A stretch of DNA of 64,000 bases, from the NCBI GenBank assembly GCA_963743305.1, contig CAVUPH010000021.1:15702-79701 (forward strand). The letters are read 5' to 3'. Positions within the stretch are counted from its first letter, which is position 1. Every line of letters starts with the position of its first letter. Below are positions 48,567 through 59,571 of the stretch, piece after piece. The translations under genes were made by a program, and so were the position numbers. Under the pieces are notes generated by a model. That model ran no database searches. It worked only from the letters and a program-made list of their open reading frames with translations, and was not told where the DNA came from. The DNA is from an uncultured delta proteobacterium. GTDB taxonomy: Bacteria > Desulfobacterota > RBG-13-43-22.

Positions 48567-49889
48567 TTATTGCGGGATGCTGAGCGTGCCCATGACCCAT
48601 TGGAGGGTACTCTGGGCCACCAGGTAGTCTCGCTTGGCCCGGGCTAAGTCGGCTTTGGCCTGCACCAGGCTCAATTGGACATCATCTACTTCCAGGCGGG
48701 TTTTGACCCCGTATTGGTACCCTTTTTCGGCCATCCCCAGGAGTCTTTCAGCCTGTTCCACCGTGCCGCTCGAGGCTTTGACAATCTCTCCCGCCTCCCG
48801 AACCGCCTGAATCGCCTCCCGGGTCTGCAAGACGATGGTATCCAGTAATTGGGCCTCCTCAATTTTTAGAGTGGCCGCATCGCTTTTGGCTTGGATGACT
48901 TTTCCCTGAGTGCGAAGTCCGTCGAAAAAGGGGAAGGTGAGGAAGAGACCCGCCGTCCAGGTGGGCCCGTCGGCCTGGGCAGTGGAAATATCCAGGGCTT
49001 GCCAGCCATATCCGGCCCGGAGATCGATTTTGGGATAAACCCCGGCCTTATTAATGGTGATCAATTCCTCGGCGATCCCGAGGCGATGTTTCAGATTAAC
49101 CAGTTCCGGCCGGTGGTCCAGGGCCGTTTTTACGGCCGCCTCGAAATCCGGATAGGGAGCAATGGGGGCTTCCAAATTTCCTTGAACCTCCACCACCTTT
49201 TCCTCCAAGCCCAATAGAAGACGGAGCCGTTCCCGGGAAATTACCCGCTGATTTTCGGCCCGAATCACCGGAGGGCCGGCGTTTTCCATATTGACCTTGC
49301 CGGCCAGGACGTCGTAATCGGTGGCCACTCCCAGGTGGTACTTTTTTCGGACTTCACCCAAAAAACGCCGCTTTTGGTCCAGATTCTGTTGAGCGATGGC
49401 CGCCAGTTCATCGGAAAGCAGACAATCGTGAAAGGCCGCGAAAGCATCTCTTAAGGCGGTCTGCTGGTAGATGCGGAGCTGATCGTCGGCCGTGGCGATG
49501 CCGATCTTGGCCGCCCGGATGGCCGCTTCCACCTGCCCGAAGGAATAAAGCAATTGAGAAAAGCCGACGCCGGCATTGCGGGTTTCCCGTTCCACCGGTA
49601 AGAGACGTCCAAAAGCCGACTGGCTCTCGTCCCGGTCCCGGGAAATGCCGGCCCTGATCTGGAACTGGGGCAGGGCGGCGGCCCGTTCCTCCAGGTATTT
49701 CCCTTCCACCTGGTTCCGGTATTCCCGGGCCTTCTGGATGTCCCGGTTTTGTTCCAGGGTAATTTTAAGGGCCTGCTCCAGGGTAACGACTTTGACCCTT
49801 TCTCCGTCAGCGGCCGCGGAAACCGTGGTTCCCAGGACGCTGGCCAGGAGCAGAAAAATAATTAAGCTTCGTAGTTTTTTCGGTTTCAT
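48567..49889 (-). CDS. TolC family outer-membrane efflux protein
   Basis: LTLEQAL-like start, P.FDG, Y..GV.T..DV repeats. Confidence 0.92.
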   Translation of the reverse strand: MKPKKLRSLIIFLLLASVLGTTVSAAADGERVKVVTLEQALKITLEQNRDIQKAREYRNQVEGKYLEERAAALPQFQIRAGISRDRDESQSAFGRLLPVERETRNAGVGFSQLLYSFGQVEAAIRAAKIGIATADDQLRIYQQTALRDAFAAFHDCLLSDELAAIAQQNLDQKRRFLGEVRKKYHLGVATDYDVLAGKVNMENAGPPVIRAENQRVISRERLRLLLGLEEKVVEVQGNLEAPIAPYPDFEAAVKTALDHRPELVNLKHRLGIAEELITINKAGVYPKIDLRAGYGWQALDISTAQADGPTWTAGLFLTFPFFDGLRTQGKVIQAKSDAATLKIEEAQLLDTIVLQTREAIQAVREAGEIVKASSGTVEQAERLLGMAEKGYQYGVKTRLEVDDVQLSLVQAKADLARAKRDYLVAQSTLQWVMGTLSIPQ

Positions 49890-52800
49890 CCCGTCATCTC
49901 CCTTTTTCTTTCCCGCCGCTGCCGGAACCATTGACTGAAATCATCCAGAAGGGAATAGACCACCGGGACCACCAGGAGGGTTAGGAAGGTGGAAGTAATG
50001 AGCCCGCCGATAACGGCCCGGGCCATGGGGGCCCGCATCTCCGATCCGGCCCCCAGGGCCAGGGCCAGAGGCAACATGCCGAAAATCATGGCCAGGGTGG
50101 TCATCATGATCGGGCGCAGTCGAGTCCGCCCGGCGGTGATAATGGCTTCCCGGCGTTCCAGGCCTCGGGAGCGCAGCACCTTGGTATAATCCACCAAAAG
50201 GATAGCGTTTTTGGTAACCAGACCCATCAAGAGGATCAGGCCGATCAAGGACATCATGTTCACCGTGTCCCGGGTAAGCAGCAGCATACCGGCCATGCCC
50301 ACCAGGGAAAGAGGCAGGGAGAGCATGATCGCCAGGGGGTCGATAAAGGATTCGAACTGGGCGGCCAGGATGAGGTAAACGAAAACGATGGCCAAGACCA
50401 GGGCTTCGGCCATGTAACCGAAGGATTCTTCCATCTGTTCGCTTTCACCGGCGAAGATGATGCGGTAACCCGGGGCCATTTTAATGTGGGTCGCGGCCTG
50501 CTTCACCCGTTGGACGGCGGTCCCTAAGGCCAATTTGTCCAGGTTGGCCGAAATGACCACTTCCCGGGACAGGTCCTGCCGGTCGATTTCCGAAGGCGTG
50601 GTCCGCCGTTCATAACGAACCAGGTTCCCCAGGGGAACCAGCAGCGGACCCTCTCCCTGTTTTTGGACGGATAATTCGAGTTGCTCGATCTGGGACACGT
50701 CTTCCCGTAAGGCCAGCGGCAGGCGGACCCGGACATTGACGGCGTCTCCATCTTCGTCTTCGTAGGTGGTCACCGCCTGGCCCCCTACCAGGGCCCCCAA
50801 GGTGCGAACGATCTGTCCGGTATTGACCCCCACGTCTACCGCCCGCTCCCGATCCACGATCAGCCGGTATTCAGGAATGTCTTGCTCCAGAGTGACTTCC
50901 AGGTCCACGATCCCGGGAAGGGCGTACATTTTGCGCTTCAACTCGGCGGCGTATCTTTTGAGGAGGCCGAGATCGTCCCCGCGGATACTCACCAGCAGGG
51001 GCTTGCGGTCATCCATCCGGCCGGCCTCGAGGATGGAAGGCAGGATGCCGGGGATGTCCTTGAGGGCCTGGCGCACCGCCTCCTGGACTTCTTCCTGGGT
51101 GCGGCGGCGCTCCTTTTTTTCCTTCAGTTTGACGTAGAGGCCCACGTCCCGGACCGTCCCGGTGTCTCCGGCGCCGATGGTGGCGTAGGTATGTTTGATC
51201 TCCGGGATTTTCTTGAAGGCGGTCAAGACCGCCGCCAGCCGGCCCCGGGTTTCTTCGAGGGAAGCGTCCGGGGCGGTTTTCATATTAATCTGGAATTCCC
51301 CGGCGTCGAATTTGGGAAAAAATTCATTCGGCAGGGTGACAAAGATGGCCAGACCGCCGAAAAAGGCCAAGGTAGTGACGATGAGGGCCGTTTTGCGGTG
51401 GTCCAGTGCCCAAGCAATCATTAACCGGTAGCGATCGGCGGTGCGGTCGAACCAGTGATTGAAAACGTCGAGACCCCGGGCGATCACATTTCTTTTCCCC
51501 TGGCGTTCGATATCCGGATCGTACCAGCGCGAGGAAAGCATGGGGTCCAGCGTGAAAGAGACGAAGAGGGAAACCAGGACGGCGAAGGCGACCGTGATCC
51601 CGAACTGAAAAAAGAACCGGCCCACAATGCCTTTCATATAAGCCACCGGAACGAAGACGGCTACGACGGAGAGCGTGGTGGCCAGCACGGCCAGGCCGAT
51701 CTCACTGGTTCCTTCCCGGGCGGCGCTGAAGTGGTCTTCACCCTTTTCGAGATGACGGACGATGTTTTCCCGAACGACGATGGCATCATCGATCAATAGA
51801 CCGATAGCCAGGGAGAGGGCCATGAGGGTCATGACATTCAGGGTCATGCCCATGAAATTCATGACAATGAAGGAGGAGATGACCGAGATGGGCAGGGTCA
51901 ATCCGGTAATGACCGTGGACCGCCAGGAATTCAGGAAACAAAAGACGATCAGGACGGTTAGGATGGCACCGATGACGATGGTTTCCTGGACATCGTTGAC
52001 CGAATCCCGGATAAAGGTGGAAGCGTCACGAACCACCTCGATCCGGGTCCCCGGCGGCAGCTCTTTTTGGAAGTGCGTAATTTCCTTTTTGACCCGCTCC
52101 ACCACGGCCACTGTATTGGCCCCGGACTGCTTGAGGATGTTCATCGACACCGCCGGGATGCCGTTGACCAGGGCCAGGGAGCGCTGCTCCTCGATGCCGT
52201 CCCGGATCTCGGCCACCTCTCCCAGGGTGACCGGTCTTCCCTGGCGTTGGCCGATGACCATGGTTTTAAAGCCCTCGACCTCCTCCGGTTTGCCGGAAAT
52301 CCGCAGGGTGAATTCCGAGGCCCGGCGGTTCAGCCGCCCCAGGGGGGTGTTGACGTTTTCAGCCTGGAGTCCGGCCACGACCTCATCCACGCCCATCTTC
52401 AGGGCTTCCAGGCGGATCGGATCGATCAGGACATTGACCTCCCGTTTAGCTTCCCCGACCAGATCCACCTTGCCCACTCCGCTGAGGTTCTCGAAGCGGC
52501 GCTTGACCTTTTTTTCCACCAGGGTGGTCAGTTCCCGGGGAGACATTTTTTCCGAACGGACGGCCAGCGATACGGCGGGGATGGCCGATACGTCCAGCTT
52601 CTGGATGATGGGTTCTTCAATCGCTTGGGGGAGATCGCCGCGGATGGTGTTGACCTTGGCCCGGGCTTCCTGGGAGGCCTCGTTGATCCGGACCTCCAGG
52701 TTGAATTCCACCACCACCTGGGAGACGCTTTCCCGGGAGACGGAGATGACGTGCTTGACCCCGGGGATGGGATTGACCGCTTCCTCGATCCGTTTGGTCA

Positions 52801-52987
52801 CCTCCCGCTCCACGGTTTCCGGCGAGGCCCCGGGAAATTTGGTGACGATGGACAAAACCGGAATTTCCACATCCGGATACATGTCGATGGGCAGGCGGCG
52901 GTAAGAAAATATCCCCAGGGTGACCAGGGCCAGCATCATCACCGCGGCGAAGATGGGCCGTTTGATGGAAAGATTGGATAAGAACAT
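49886..52987 (-). CDS. RND efflux transporter permease (AcrB/HAE1 family)
   Basis: SIKRPI, PGASPE, IDDAIVVRENI, RLRPIMMTT. Confidence 0.95.
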   Translation of the reverse strand: MFLSNLSIKRPIFAAVMMLALVTLGIFSYRRLPIDMYPDVEIPVLSIVTKFPGASPETVEREVTKRIEEAVNPIPGVKHVISVSRESVSQVVVEFNLEVRINEASQEARAKVNTIRGDLPQAIEEPIIQKLDVSAIPAVSLAVRSEKMSPRELTTLVEKKVKRRFENLSGVGKVDLVGEAKREVNVLIDPIRLEALKMGVDEVVAGLQAENVNTPLGRLNRRASEFTLRISGKPEEVEGFKTMVIGQRQGRPVTLGEVAEIRDGIEEQRSLALVNGIPAVSMNILKQSGANTVAVVERVKKEITHFQKELPPGTRIEVVRDASTFIRDSVNDVQETIVIGAILTVLIVFCFLNSWRSTVITGLTLPISVISSFIVMNFMGMTLNVMTLMALSLAIGLLIDDAIVVRENIVRHLEKGEDHFSAAREGTSEIGLAVLATTLSVVAVFVPVAYMKGIVGRFFFQFGITVAFAVLVSLFVSFTLDPMLSSRWYDPDIERQGKRNVIARGLDVFNHWFDRTADRYRLMIAWALDHRKTALIVTTLAFFGGLAIFVTLPNEFFPKFDAGEFQINMKTAPDASLEETRGRLAAVLTAFKKIPEIKHTYATIGAGDTGTVRDVGLYVKLKEKKERRRTQEEVQEAVRQALKDIPGILPSILEAGRMDDRKPLLVSIRGDDLGLLKRYAAELKRKMYALPGIVDLEVTLEQDIPEYRLIVDRERAVDVGVNTGQIVRTLGALVGGQAVTTYEDEDGDAVNVRVRLPLALREDVSQIEQLELSVQKQGEGPLLVPLGNLVRYERRTTPSEIDRQDLSREVVISANLDKLALGTAVQRVKQAATHIKMAPGYRIIFAGESEQMEESFGYMAEALVLAIVFVYLILAAQFESFIDPLAIMLSLPLSLVGMAGMLLLTRDTVNMMSLIGLILLMGLVTKNAILLVDYTKVLRSRGLERREAIITAGRTRLRPIMMTTLAMIFGMLPLALALGAGSEMRAPMARAVIGGLITSTFLTLLVVPVVYSLLDDFSQWFRQRRERKREMTG

Positions 52988-52991
52988 GCCT

Positions 52992-54155
52992 TTACTTTCC
53001 CGCCGCTGTTTCGTCGGTTATTACCCGATCGCCATTCTGCACATTGAACCCGCCCCGGGTGATGACTTGATCTCCGGCTGCGAGGCCTGAATCGACCTCC
53101 ACCCAGTCCCGATCGAGACCCCCGGTTTGCACCCTCCGTCGTTGGGCTTGTCCCTGCACTACTACCCAGATATCGCCTTGACGGGCCTTCACGTCCCAAT
53201 CCAAAAGGGCCGAACGGGGAATTTCCAGGACATTACTCCGGCGGCCGGTCACAATCCGGCCTTTGACGAAGAGTCCGGATTTGAGGACCTCCGGTTCGTT
53301 CCGGATTTCGGCGATAACCTTGATCGACCGGTCCATTTCATTGACTGCCGGGTTGATGAATTTCACCCGGCCGGTAAAGTGTTGGCCGGGCAGGGCGTCG
53401 GTGGTGAAGGTCAAAGGCTGGTCGACTCGGATTTTAGCCATCTCGCTCGAGGGCACGGTGACGGTCAAATCCAGGAGACGGTTGTCCACGATACGAAACA
53501 AGATTCGGGTGGAACCCGCCTCCCCGACCAGGTCGCCCACGTTGATATCCCGCTGGGCGACCACCCCGTCCAGGGGAGCGTGCAGGACGGACTTGGCCAG
53601 GCGGGTCCGGATCTGGTTTAGTTCCTTTTCGGCGGCCAGGAGCTGGGCTCTGGCGGCCGCTACTCGGGCCTGAGCGGCGGCTTTTTCGGTCCGGGCATCG
53701 TCCAAATTCTGCTGGGTGACCAGCCCGGATTCTTTCAAATTCCGCGCGCGTTCCGCCTCCCGATCGGCCCGGTTCCCGCCCACTTCAGCCTGCAGGACAT
53801 TGGCCCGGGCGCCTTCCACGGCGGCCTGGGCCTTCTGCAGCACGGCGTCGGCCTCCCGGGTATCCAGTCGGGCCAGGGGCTGGCCCCGCTTGACCCTGAC
53901 CCATTCGGTGACATAGACCTCGGTCACGATCCCGGCATATTCTGATTTCACCCGGCTCTCGTTTTTGGGGGTCAGCGATCCTACCACGTCAACCCCCTCG
54001 TCTAGGTCTCGGGTTTGGGCTTGGGCCACATCGACGGCTACCGGGGGTTTGACTGCCGATCTCCCTTGTGAAGGTGGGGTCGATTTGGACGAGGAGCAGC
54101 CCAGGAGACTGCCGACCAGCAGTCCGACAATGCCGGCGATCCAGGTTTTTTTCAT
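52992..54155 (-). CDS. RND efflux membrane fusion (periplasmic adaptor) lipoprotein
   Basis: Lipobox LLGC, V.RGQPLARLD, APLDGVV, GLAAGDQVI. Confidence 0.92.
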   Translation of the reverse strand: MKKTWIAGIVGLLVGSLLGCSSSKSTPPSQGRSAVKPPVAVDVAQAQTRDLDEGVDVVGSLTPKNESRVKSEYAGIVTEVYVTEWVRVKRGQPLARLDTREADAVLQKAQAAVEGARANVLQAEVGGNRADREAERARNLKESGLVTQQNLDDARTEKAAAQARVAAARAQLLAAEKELNQIRTRLAKSVLHAPLDGVVAQRDINVGDLVGEAGSTRILFRIVDNRLLDLTVTVPSSEMAKIRVDQPLTFTTDALPGQHFTGRVKFINPAVNEMDRSIKVIAEIRNEPEVLKSGLFVKGRIVTGRRSNVLEIPRSALLDWDVKARQGDIWVVVQGQAQRRRVQTGGLDRDWVEVDSGLAAGDQVITRGGFNVQNGDRVITDETAAGK

Positions 54156-54174
54156 TCCTTGAAATCCTTTCATT

Positions 54175-54801
54175 TTAGGGGGAGCCTTTTGGGCCTTCAT
54201 CGTTCTTGAGGCCGTCAAAAAAAAGCTTCAATACCCGGCCCAACCCCTCACGGCCGAAATCCAGTTCCGGGTGGGATAACTGAGTTTCCAGGGCTACATT
54301 GACGGCCCCCAATATCATCCAGGTGATGTCCTCCACTCGGCCCCGCCCGAATTCCCGGTTCTGGAAGCCGAGTTGGACCAGTTCAGTAACCAGGCCGTGA
54401 AATTTCAGATGATAGGCGTCAAAATCAAAAGCGGGGGCCCCTTGCGGGGGACCGTAGTAAAGCGAGTAAGCCAGTCGGGCGACCTCGATCTGCTCCATGA
54501 ACAGGGCTAAAATTTGGTCCGCCAAGTCCAACAACCGGTTGACGGCCCCCCCCTTTTTTTGCCGAGCCCCATCCAAGAGCAAGCCGTAGCGGACCGAGGC
54601 GGTAAGCAGGATCTCGGTATAAAGACCCTCTTTATTCCGAAAATAATAATAAAGGACCGGTTTGGTCACCCCGGCTTCGGTTACGATTTCCCGGACGGTG
54701 GTCGCGGCATACCCTTTGCGCGCGAAAATCCGGGCGGCGCTGGTCAGCAGCCGTTCCCGGACTTGACGGTCGAGAGGTATCGGGGGAGTGGAAAGCGACA
54801 A
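54175..54801 (-). CDS. TetR/AcrR family regulator
   Basis: AARIFARKGYAATTVREIV..AGVTKPVLYYYFRNKE. Confidence 0.93.
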   Translation of the reverse strand: MSLSTPPIPLDRQVRERLLTSAARIFARKGYAATTVREIVTEAGVTKPVLYYYFRNKEGLYTEILLTASVRYGLLLDGARQKKGGAVNRLLDLADQILALFMEQIEVARLAYSLYYGPPQGAPAFDFDAYHLKFHGLVTELVQLGFQNREFGRGRVEDITWMILGAVNVALETQLSHPELDFGREGLGRVLKLFFDGLKNDEGPKGSP

Positions 54802-54839
54802 GGAGGATTCCGTTCAAATATTTTTTGCTAGGTTCTAGG

Positions 54840-54859
54840 TATACTTACCGGTAGGTATA
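54840..54859. promoter_or_regulatory. Probable TetR operator palindrome
   Basis: TATACTTACCGGTAGGTATA directly upstream of tetR. Confidence 0.7.
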
Positions 54860-55036
54860 TAAGGTTCGGAAGGAAGGATGTCAACAAAAAAATGGAAGGG
54901 AAGATTCCCCCCCCTGATCGGACAAAAGGCCATCGGTCCGCAAAAGACTTGCCTTATCCGAAGGTTATGCTATTGTCGGTCCAAGAGGACTATTGGAGGG
55001 CAGGGTGTGGAAAGGGCCTGGAAGGAGATTGCGGCT

Positions 55037-57562
55037 ATGAGGGATGATCGGAAGACCAAGGCACAGCTTCTGGAGGAATTGACCGAATCGCGAAAACAAA
55101 TTCTGCAAAGGTCCGTCCAGGAGATCGAGCTGCGCCGCAATGAGGAAGAAAGACAAAAAAATATTTCTCTGCTCAATGCCACCCTGGAATCAACCGCCGA
55201 CGGTATCCTGGTGGTGGACCGGGGCGGGGGGACCGTTTTATCCAACCGTCGATTTGCTGAGCTGTGGCGAATTCCGGAGGATATTTTATCCTCCCGGGAT
55301 GACCATGCGGCGCTGGACTATGTATTGGGGCAACTGAAGGATCCGGAGGATTTTCTTCAAGGAGTCCGGAAACTGTACGACAACCCGGAGGCCGAAAGTT
55401 ATGACCTGTTGGAATTTAAGGACGGGCGGGTTTTTGAGCGTTATTCCCAAGCGCACCGTATTGGGAACGAGGTCATCGGCCGGGTTTGGAGTTTCCGAGA
55501 TGTTACCGAAAATAAAAAAGCGGAAAAAGTCCTGCAGGAATCCGAGGAGCGGTATCGGACCCTCCTGGAGAATGTCGAAGACGGCTATTATGAAGTGGAT
55601 CTGAACGGCAATTATGTTTTCTGCAATGAGGCCTTTGCGAGGATTCTGGGCTGCGGACCCCGGGAATTGAGCGGGATGAATTTTCGGGAATTTACCAGCC
55701 CGGAAACGGCCGACAGGGTTTATCGGATCTTCCGTACGGTTTTCGAGACCGGCCGGCCAAACAAAGCCATAGAGATAAGAACGTTTCGTCAAGATGGAAC
55801 CGAACGGTTTGTCGAGTTTTCAACTTTTCCCATAATCACTGCGGGAGGAATGACGACCGGATTCAAGGGAACGACGCGGGATGTAACGGAACAAAAACAG
55901 GCCGAAGAGGCGCTGCTGGAATCCGAGGAAAAGTACCGAAAGGTGGTAGAGTTGTCCAATGACGGGATTACCATGGTCCAGGACGGGGTCCATATTTTTG
56001 TCAATCAAAAAATGTTGGATATATTCGGGTATACGCGTCCGGAGGAACTATTGGGTCAACCGGCTTCTCAAGTGGTTCATCCCCAGGATCGGGATCGGGT
56101 GATCGAAATAATCCGCCGGCGTCAGCAAGGGGGGCCGGCGCCGGCCAACTATGAGTTTCAGGGAATCCGCCGGGATGGAGAGACCATTCAAGTGGAGGTT
56201 TCCGCCAGCCGGATCGTTTATCAGGGGGCGGAAATCTCCCTGGCTTTTTTACGGGATATTTCCGAACGCAAGCGTTCCGAAGAAGCCCTGAAGGAGAGCG
56301 AGGCCAAATACCGCAATCTCTTTGAGTCGGCCCACGATGCGATCTGTTTGATCGATGGAGGGCGGCTGGTGGATTGCAATACGGAGACCCTGGTCATGTT
56401 CAATGCCGGTCGGGTGCAGATCATCGGGAAGACGCCGGTGGAACTTTCTCCGCCGGAGCAGCCTGACGGCCGTCCGTCCTCCGAAGCGCTCCAGGAAAGG
56501 ATTCGCGCTGCCCTCGAAGGCGTGCCCCAGTTTTTCGAATGGGAATACCGCCGGGTCAACGGAACACCCTTTGCTTCGGAGGTCAGCCTGAATCGGGTCT
56601 TGGTCGGCCAAGAAACCTACCTGCAGATGATTATTCGGGATATCACCGAGCGCAGACGGATGGAAGAGGCCACCCGTGAAAGCGAACGGCGTTACCGGAT
56701 TTTGTTTGAGACGGCCCAGGAGGGCATCCTGGTCATGAAGGGGATGATCTTCGTGGACTGCAATCCGGGGGCCGAGCGCCTCCTGGGCTGCGGCCGCCAG
56801 GAGATTTTGGGCAGCACCCCTTTTCGCTTTTCCCCCGAGTTGCAGCCCGACGGCCGGCGCTCGGAAGAAAAGGGGACCGAAATGGTGGGTAAATCCATTC
56901 AACTGGGGCCGCAGCGGTTCGAGTGGGTCCATCAGGCCCTGGACGGTCGGCGGTTCTATGTGGACGTTTCTCTAAGTCAGTTTTATATTGAAAATCAGTC
57001 CCATCTATTCGTCATGGAGCGGGACATTACCGAACAAAAAAGGGCTCAGGAGGAATTGCGGGCCCTTTCCCTGATCGATGAACTGACCGGATTGTACAAC
57101 CGCCGCGGCTTTCTGACCCTGGCCCGCCAGCAGTTAAAGATGGTCGACCGGATGCACCGGGGGCTGTTCCTCCTTTTTGCCGATTTGGACGACTTGAAGC
57201 AGATCAACGACACCCAGGGGCACTCGACGGGCGATCAGGCCTTGAAGGATATGGCCCTGATCATGAAGGACACTTTCCGGGAGCCGGATATCCTGGCCCG
57301 GATGGGTGGGGATGAATTCGTTGTTCTGGCTATGGAAGGATCTTCCTTGGCCAACGCCGATATTCTGAGTTCCCGGCTGCAAAACACCTTAACCGCCTTC
57401 AACCAAAAACACCGGAGGCCGTACCGTTTGTCGCTGAGCCAAGGGGTGGTCCGCCACCAGCCGGGTCGGTCGGTATCCATCGAAGAATTGATCAGCCAGG
57501 CCGACCGGCTCATGTATGATAAAAAGCGAATAAAGAAATCAACCGAAGGAGAAATGTTTTGA
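55037..57562 (+). CDS. Multi-PAS diguanylate cyclase
   Basis: Five PAS repeats; [27 protein letters not shown]. Confidence 0.93.
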   Translation: MRDDRKTKAQLLEELTESRKQILQRSVQEIELRRNEEERQKNISLLNATLESTADGILVVDRGGGTVLSNRRFAELWRIPEDILSSRDDHAALDYVLGQLKDPEDFLQGVRKLYDNPEAESYDLLEFKDGRVFERYSQAHRIGNEVIGRVWSFRDVTENKKAEKVLQESEERYRTLLENVEDGYYEVDLNGNYVFCNEAFARILGCGPRELSGMNFREFTSPETADRVYRIFRTVFETGRPNKAIEIRTFRQDGTERFVEFSTFPIITAGGMTTGFKGTTRDVTEQKQAEEALLESEEKYRKVVELSNDGITMVQDGVHIFVNQKMLDIFGYTRPEELLGQPASQVVHPQDRDRVIEIIRRRQQGGPAPANYEFQGIRRDGETIQVEVSASRIVYQGAEISLAFLRDISERKRSEEALKESEAKYRNLFESAHDAICLIDGGRLVDCNTETLVMFNAGRVQIIGKTPVELSPPEQPDGRPSSEALQERIRAALEGVPQFFEWEYRRVNGTPFASEVSLNRVLVGQETYLQMIIRDITERRRMEEATRESERRYRILFETAQEGILVMKGMIFVDCNPGAERLLGCGRQEILGSTPFRFSPELQPDGRRSEEKGTEMVGKSIQLGPQRFEWVHQALDGRRFYVDVSLSQFYIENQSHLFVMERDITEQKRAQEELRALSLIDELTGLYNRRGFLTLARQQLKMVDRMHRGLFLLFADLDDLKQINDTQGHSTGDQALKDMALIMKDTFREPDILARMGGDEFVVLAMEGSSLANADILSSRLQNTLTAFNQKHRRPYRLSLSQGVVRHQPGRSVSIEELISQADRLMYDKKRIKKSTEGEMF

Positions 57563-57675
57563 TCGGTGGATCTTCATCTTGAATCCTGATTGTGTTATAC
57601 TGAAGGTATCGCGTTTCGAACGGTATTCAGGACTGCCGTCCTCCGTATCTGTTTATCTGTTTCGGGTGATGACCC

Positions 57676-58047
57676 ATGGGAAGGGGAAAAGGTCTTTTGA
57701 TCATTGTGATCGGCGGGATGTTGATCGGGGGACTGGCCGTTTTCGGTTCCGCTGATAATAACGTTCAGCCGCCCGGTCCTCTGGGAAGACCGGTATTGCC
57801 GTCACCCTCGAAAAAGAAGGCCTATCCCCTGAAGAACGGCGCCCGGTCCCTTTTTCCCGGACCCCCCATCCTGACACCTCCGGTGCCGCTTCCGGGCCCG
57901 ATACGGGGAACGGTCCTGGTTCCGGGGCACTGGCAGGGGAGCCGCTGGGTGCCGGGACGCTTGGAGAGAAAGGAAGGCCATCCGACACGCTGGGTCCCGG
58001 GGTATACTACAGCGGAAGGGGCCTGGGTCCGCGGGCACTGGGAATGA
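57676..58047 (+). CDS. Small Pro-rich secreted protein with WVPG/GHW repeats
   Basis: Hydrophobic N-terminus; VPGHW, WVPG, WVRGHW. Confidence 0.6.
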   Translation: MGRGKGLLIIVIGGMLIGGLAVFGSADNNVQPPGPLGRPVLPSPSKKKAYPLKNGARSLFPGPPILTPPVPLPGPIRGTVLVPGHWQGSRWVPGRLERKEGHPTRWVPGYTTAEGAWVRGHWE

Positions 58048-58154
58048 AAATCATCGTGCTGATGGTTGCTCTGCTGGGGTTTCCGGTCTTCGAAGGCCAT
58101 CTGACCTACCCGGGAGAGAATCCTACCATTGGACCATCCACCAGGAGGACAATC

Positions 58155-59558
58155 ATGAAAGAAGATATTCGAAAATCCATTATTGCCGGGAGCTGGTACC
58201 CCGGCCGCCCGGACAGTCTGCGTTCTCAAATCCAGGGATTTTTAAAGGCGGTGCCGGAAGCCACTTCCCCCGCCGGGGAATTGGTGGCCTTGATATCCCC
58301 CCACGCCGGATATCAGTACTCCGGAGGGGTCGCGGCCCACGCTTACAGACTCCTGACTACCCAATCCTTTAAGCAGGTAGTGATTGTGGCCCCCAGTCAC
58401 CGACATGCTTTTCGCGGGGCTTCCATCGATCAGAAAACCGGATACGAAACCCCGCTGGGCGTTGTCTCCGTCGATCAAACCCTCTCCCGGGAATTGATGG
58501 AGAAGAGCACTGTCTTCAGTTATGTTCCCGAGGGGCATGCCCAGGAGCATGCCTTGGAGATCCAGCTTCCCTTTCTCCAGGAGACGCTTCAGGAATTTTC
58601 TTTAACGGCCATCATCCAGGGGTCGCAGGACGAAGAGACCTCGGAGGAAATGGCCCGGGCCCTGGCTCAAGTCTTGAAAGGAAGAAAAGTCCTGCTACTG
58701 GCCAGCAGCGACCTGTCCCATTTCCATACCTATGACCAGGCCAAAAATCTGGATAAAAAAGTGCAGGACCGCGTGGCCGCCTTTGACGAGACGGGTTTGA
58801 TGCAGGACCTGAAGGGCGACCGGGTGGAAGCCTGTGGGGGAGGACCTATGGTCACGGTGATGAAAACCGCCAGGCTTCTAGGGGCCACCGAATCCAAAGT
58901 CCTCTATTATGCCAATTCCGGCGACGTGACCGGCGACCGATCGGGAGTCGTGGGCTATCTGGCCGCGGCTTTCTTTCGCCGGGAAAACCCGGGGAAAAAA
59001 AAGCCGGTAAGAGAGGAACCGGAGGGTTATTCGCCGGAGGAAAGAGCTTTCCTTCTTAGAAGCGCCCGCGAGGCGATTGAACACCAATTGACCGGCAAAC
59101 CCTGGCCGTCGCTCGAGGGGGAGACCCGGAAACTCAAAGAGAAGCGGGGGGCCTTTGTGACCTTAAAGCGGAAAGGTCAGCTCCGGGGCTGCATCGGGCA
59201 CACCCAGGCCTTTAAACCCTTAAGCCAAACCATCATGGAAATGGCTCAGGCGGCCGCCTTTCAAGACCCCCGGTTCCCCCCTCTGGCCAAAAATGAGTTG
59301 GATGACCTGGATATCGAAATCTCGGTCTTGACCCCTTTTCGTCCCCTACAGGACATCCAGGAAATCGAGGTCGGCCGGCATGGTCTGTTCATTGAGAGGG
59401 GGGGCTATTCCGGCCTTTTGCTTCCCCAGGTGGCCACCGAATACCATTGGGATCGCCAGACCTTTTTGGAACATACCTGCCTCAAAGCCGGTCTTCCCCG
59501 GGATGCCTGGAAGGATAAGCAGACTAAAATCCAGATTTTCTCAGCAGAAATTTTTTAA
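58155..59558 (+). CDS. amrB: AmmeMemoRadiSam protein B (Memo) - protein A (AMMECR1) fusion
   Basis: AGSWYP, PHAGYQYSG, EHALEIQLPFLQ, SSDLSH; GAFVTL..LRGCIG, DPRF, LLPQVATE. Confidence 0.92.
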   Translation: MKEDIRKSIIAGSWYPGRPDSLRSQIQGFLKAVPEATSPAGELVALISPHAGYQYSGGVAAHAYRLLTTQSFKQVVIVAPSHRHAFRGASIDQKTGYETPLGVVSVDQTLSRELMEKSTVFSYVPEGHAQEHALEIQLPFLQETLQEFSLTAIIQGSQDEETSEEMARALAQVLKGRKVLLLASSDLSHFHTYDQAKNLDKKVQDRVAAFDETGLMQDLKGDRVEACGGGPMVTVMKTARLLGATESKVLYYANSGDVTGDRSGVVGYLAAAFFRRENPGKKKPVREEPEGYSPEERAFLLRSAREAIEHQLTGKPWPSLEGETRKLKEKRGAFVTLKRKGQLRGCIGHTQAFKPLSQTIMEMAQAAAFQDPRFPPLAKNELDDLDIEISVLTPFRPLQDIQEIEVGRHGLFIERGGYSGLLLPQVATEYHWDRQTFLEHTCLKAGLPRDAWKDKQTKIQIFSAEIF

Positions 59559-59571
59559 GGACGGAGCGGGC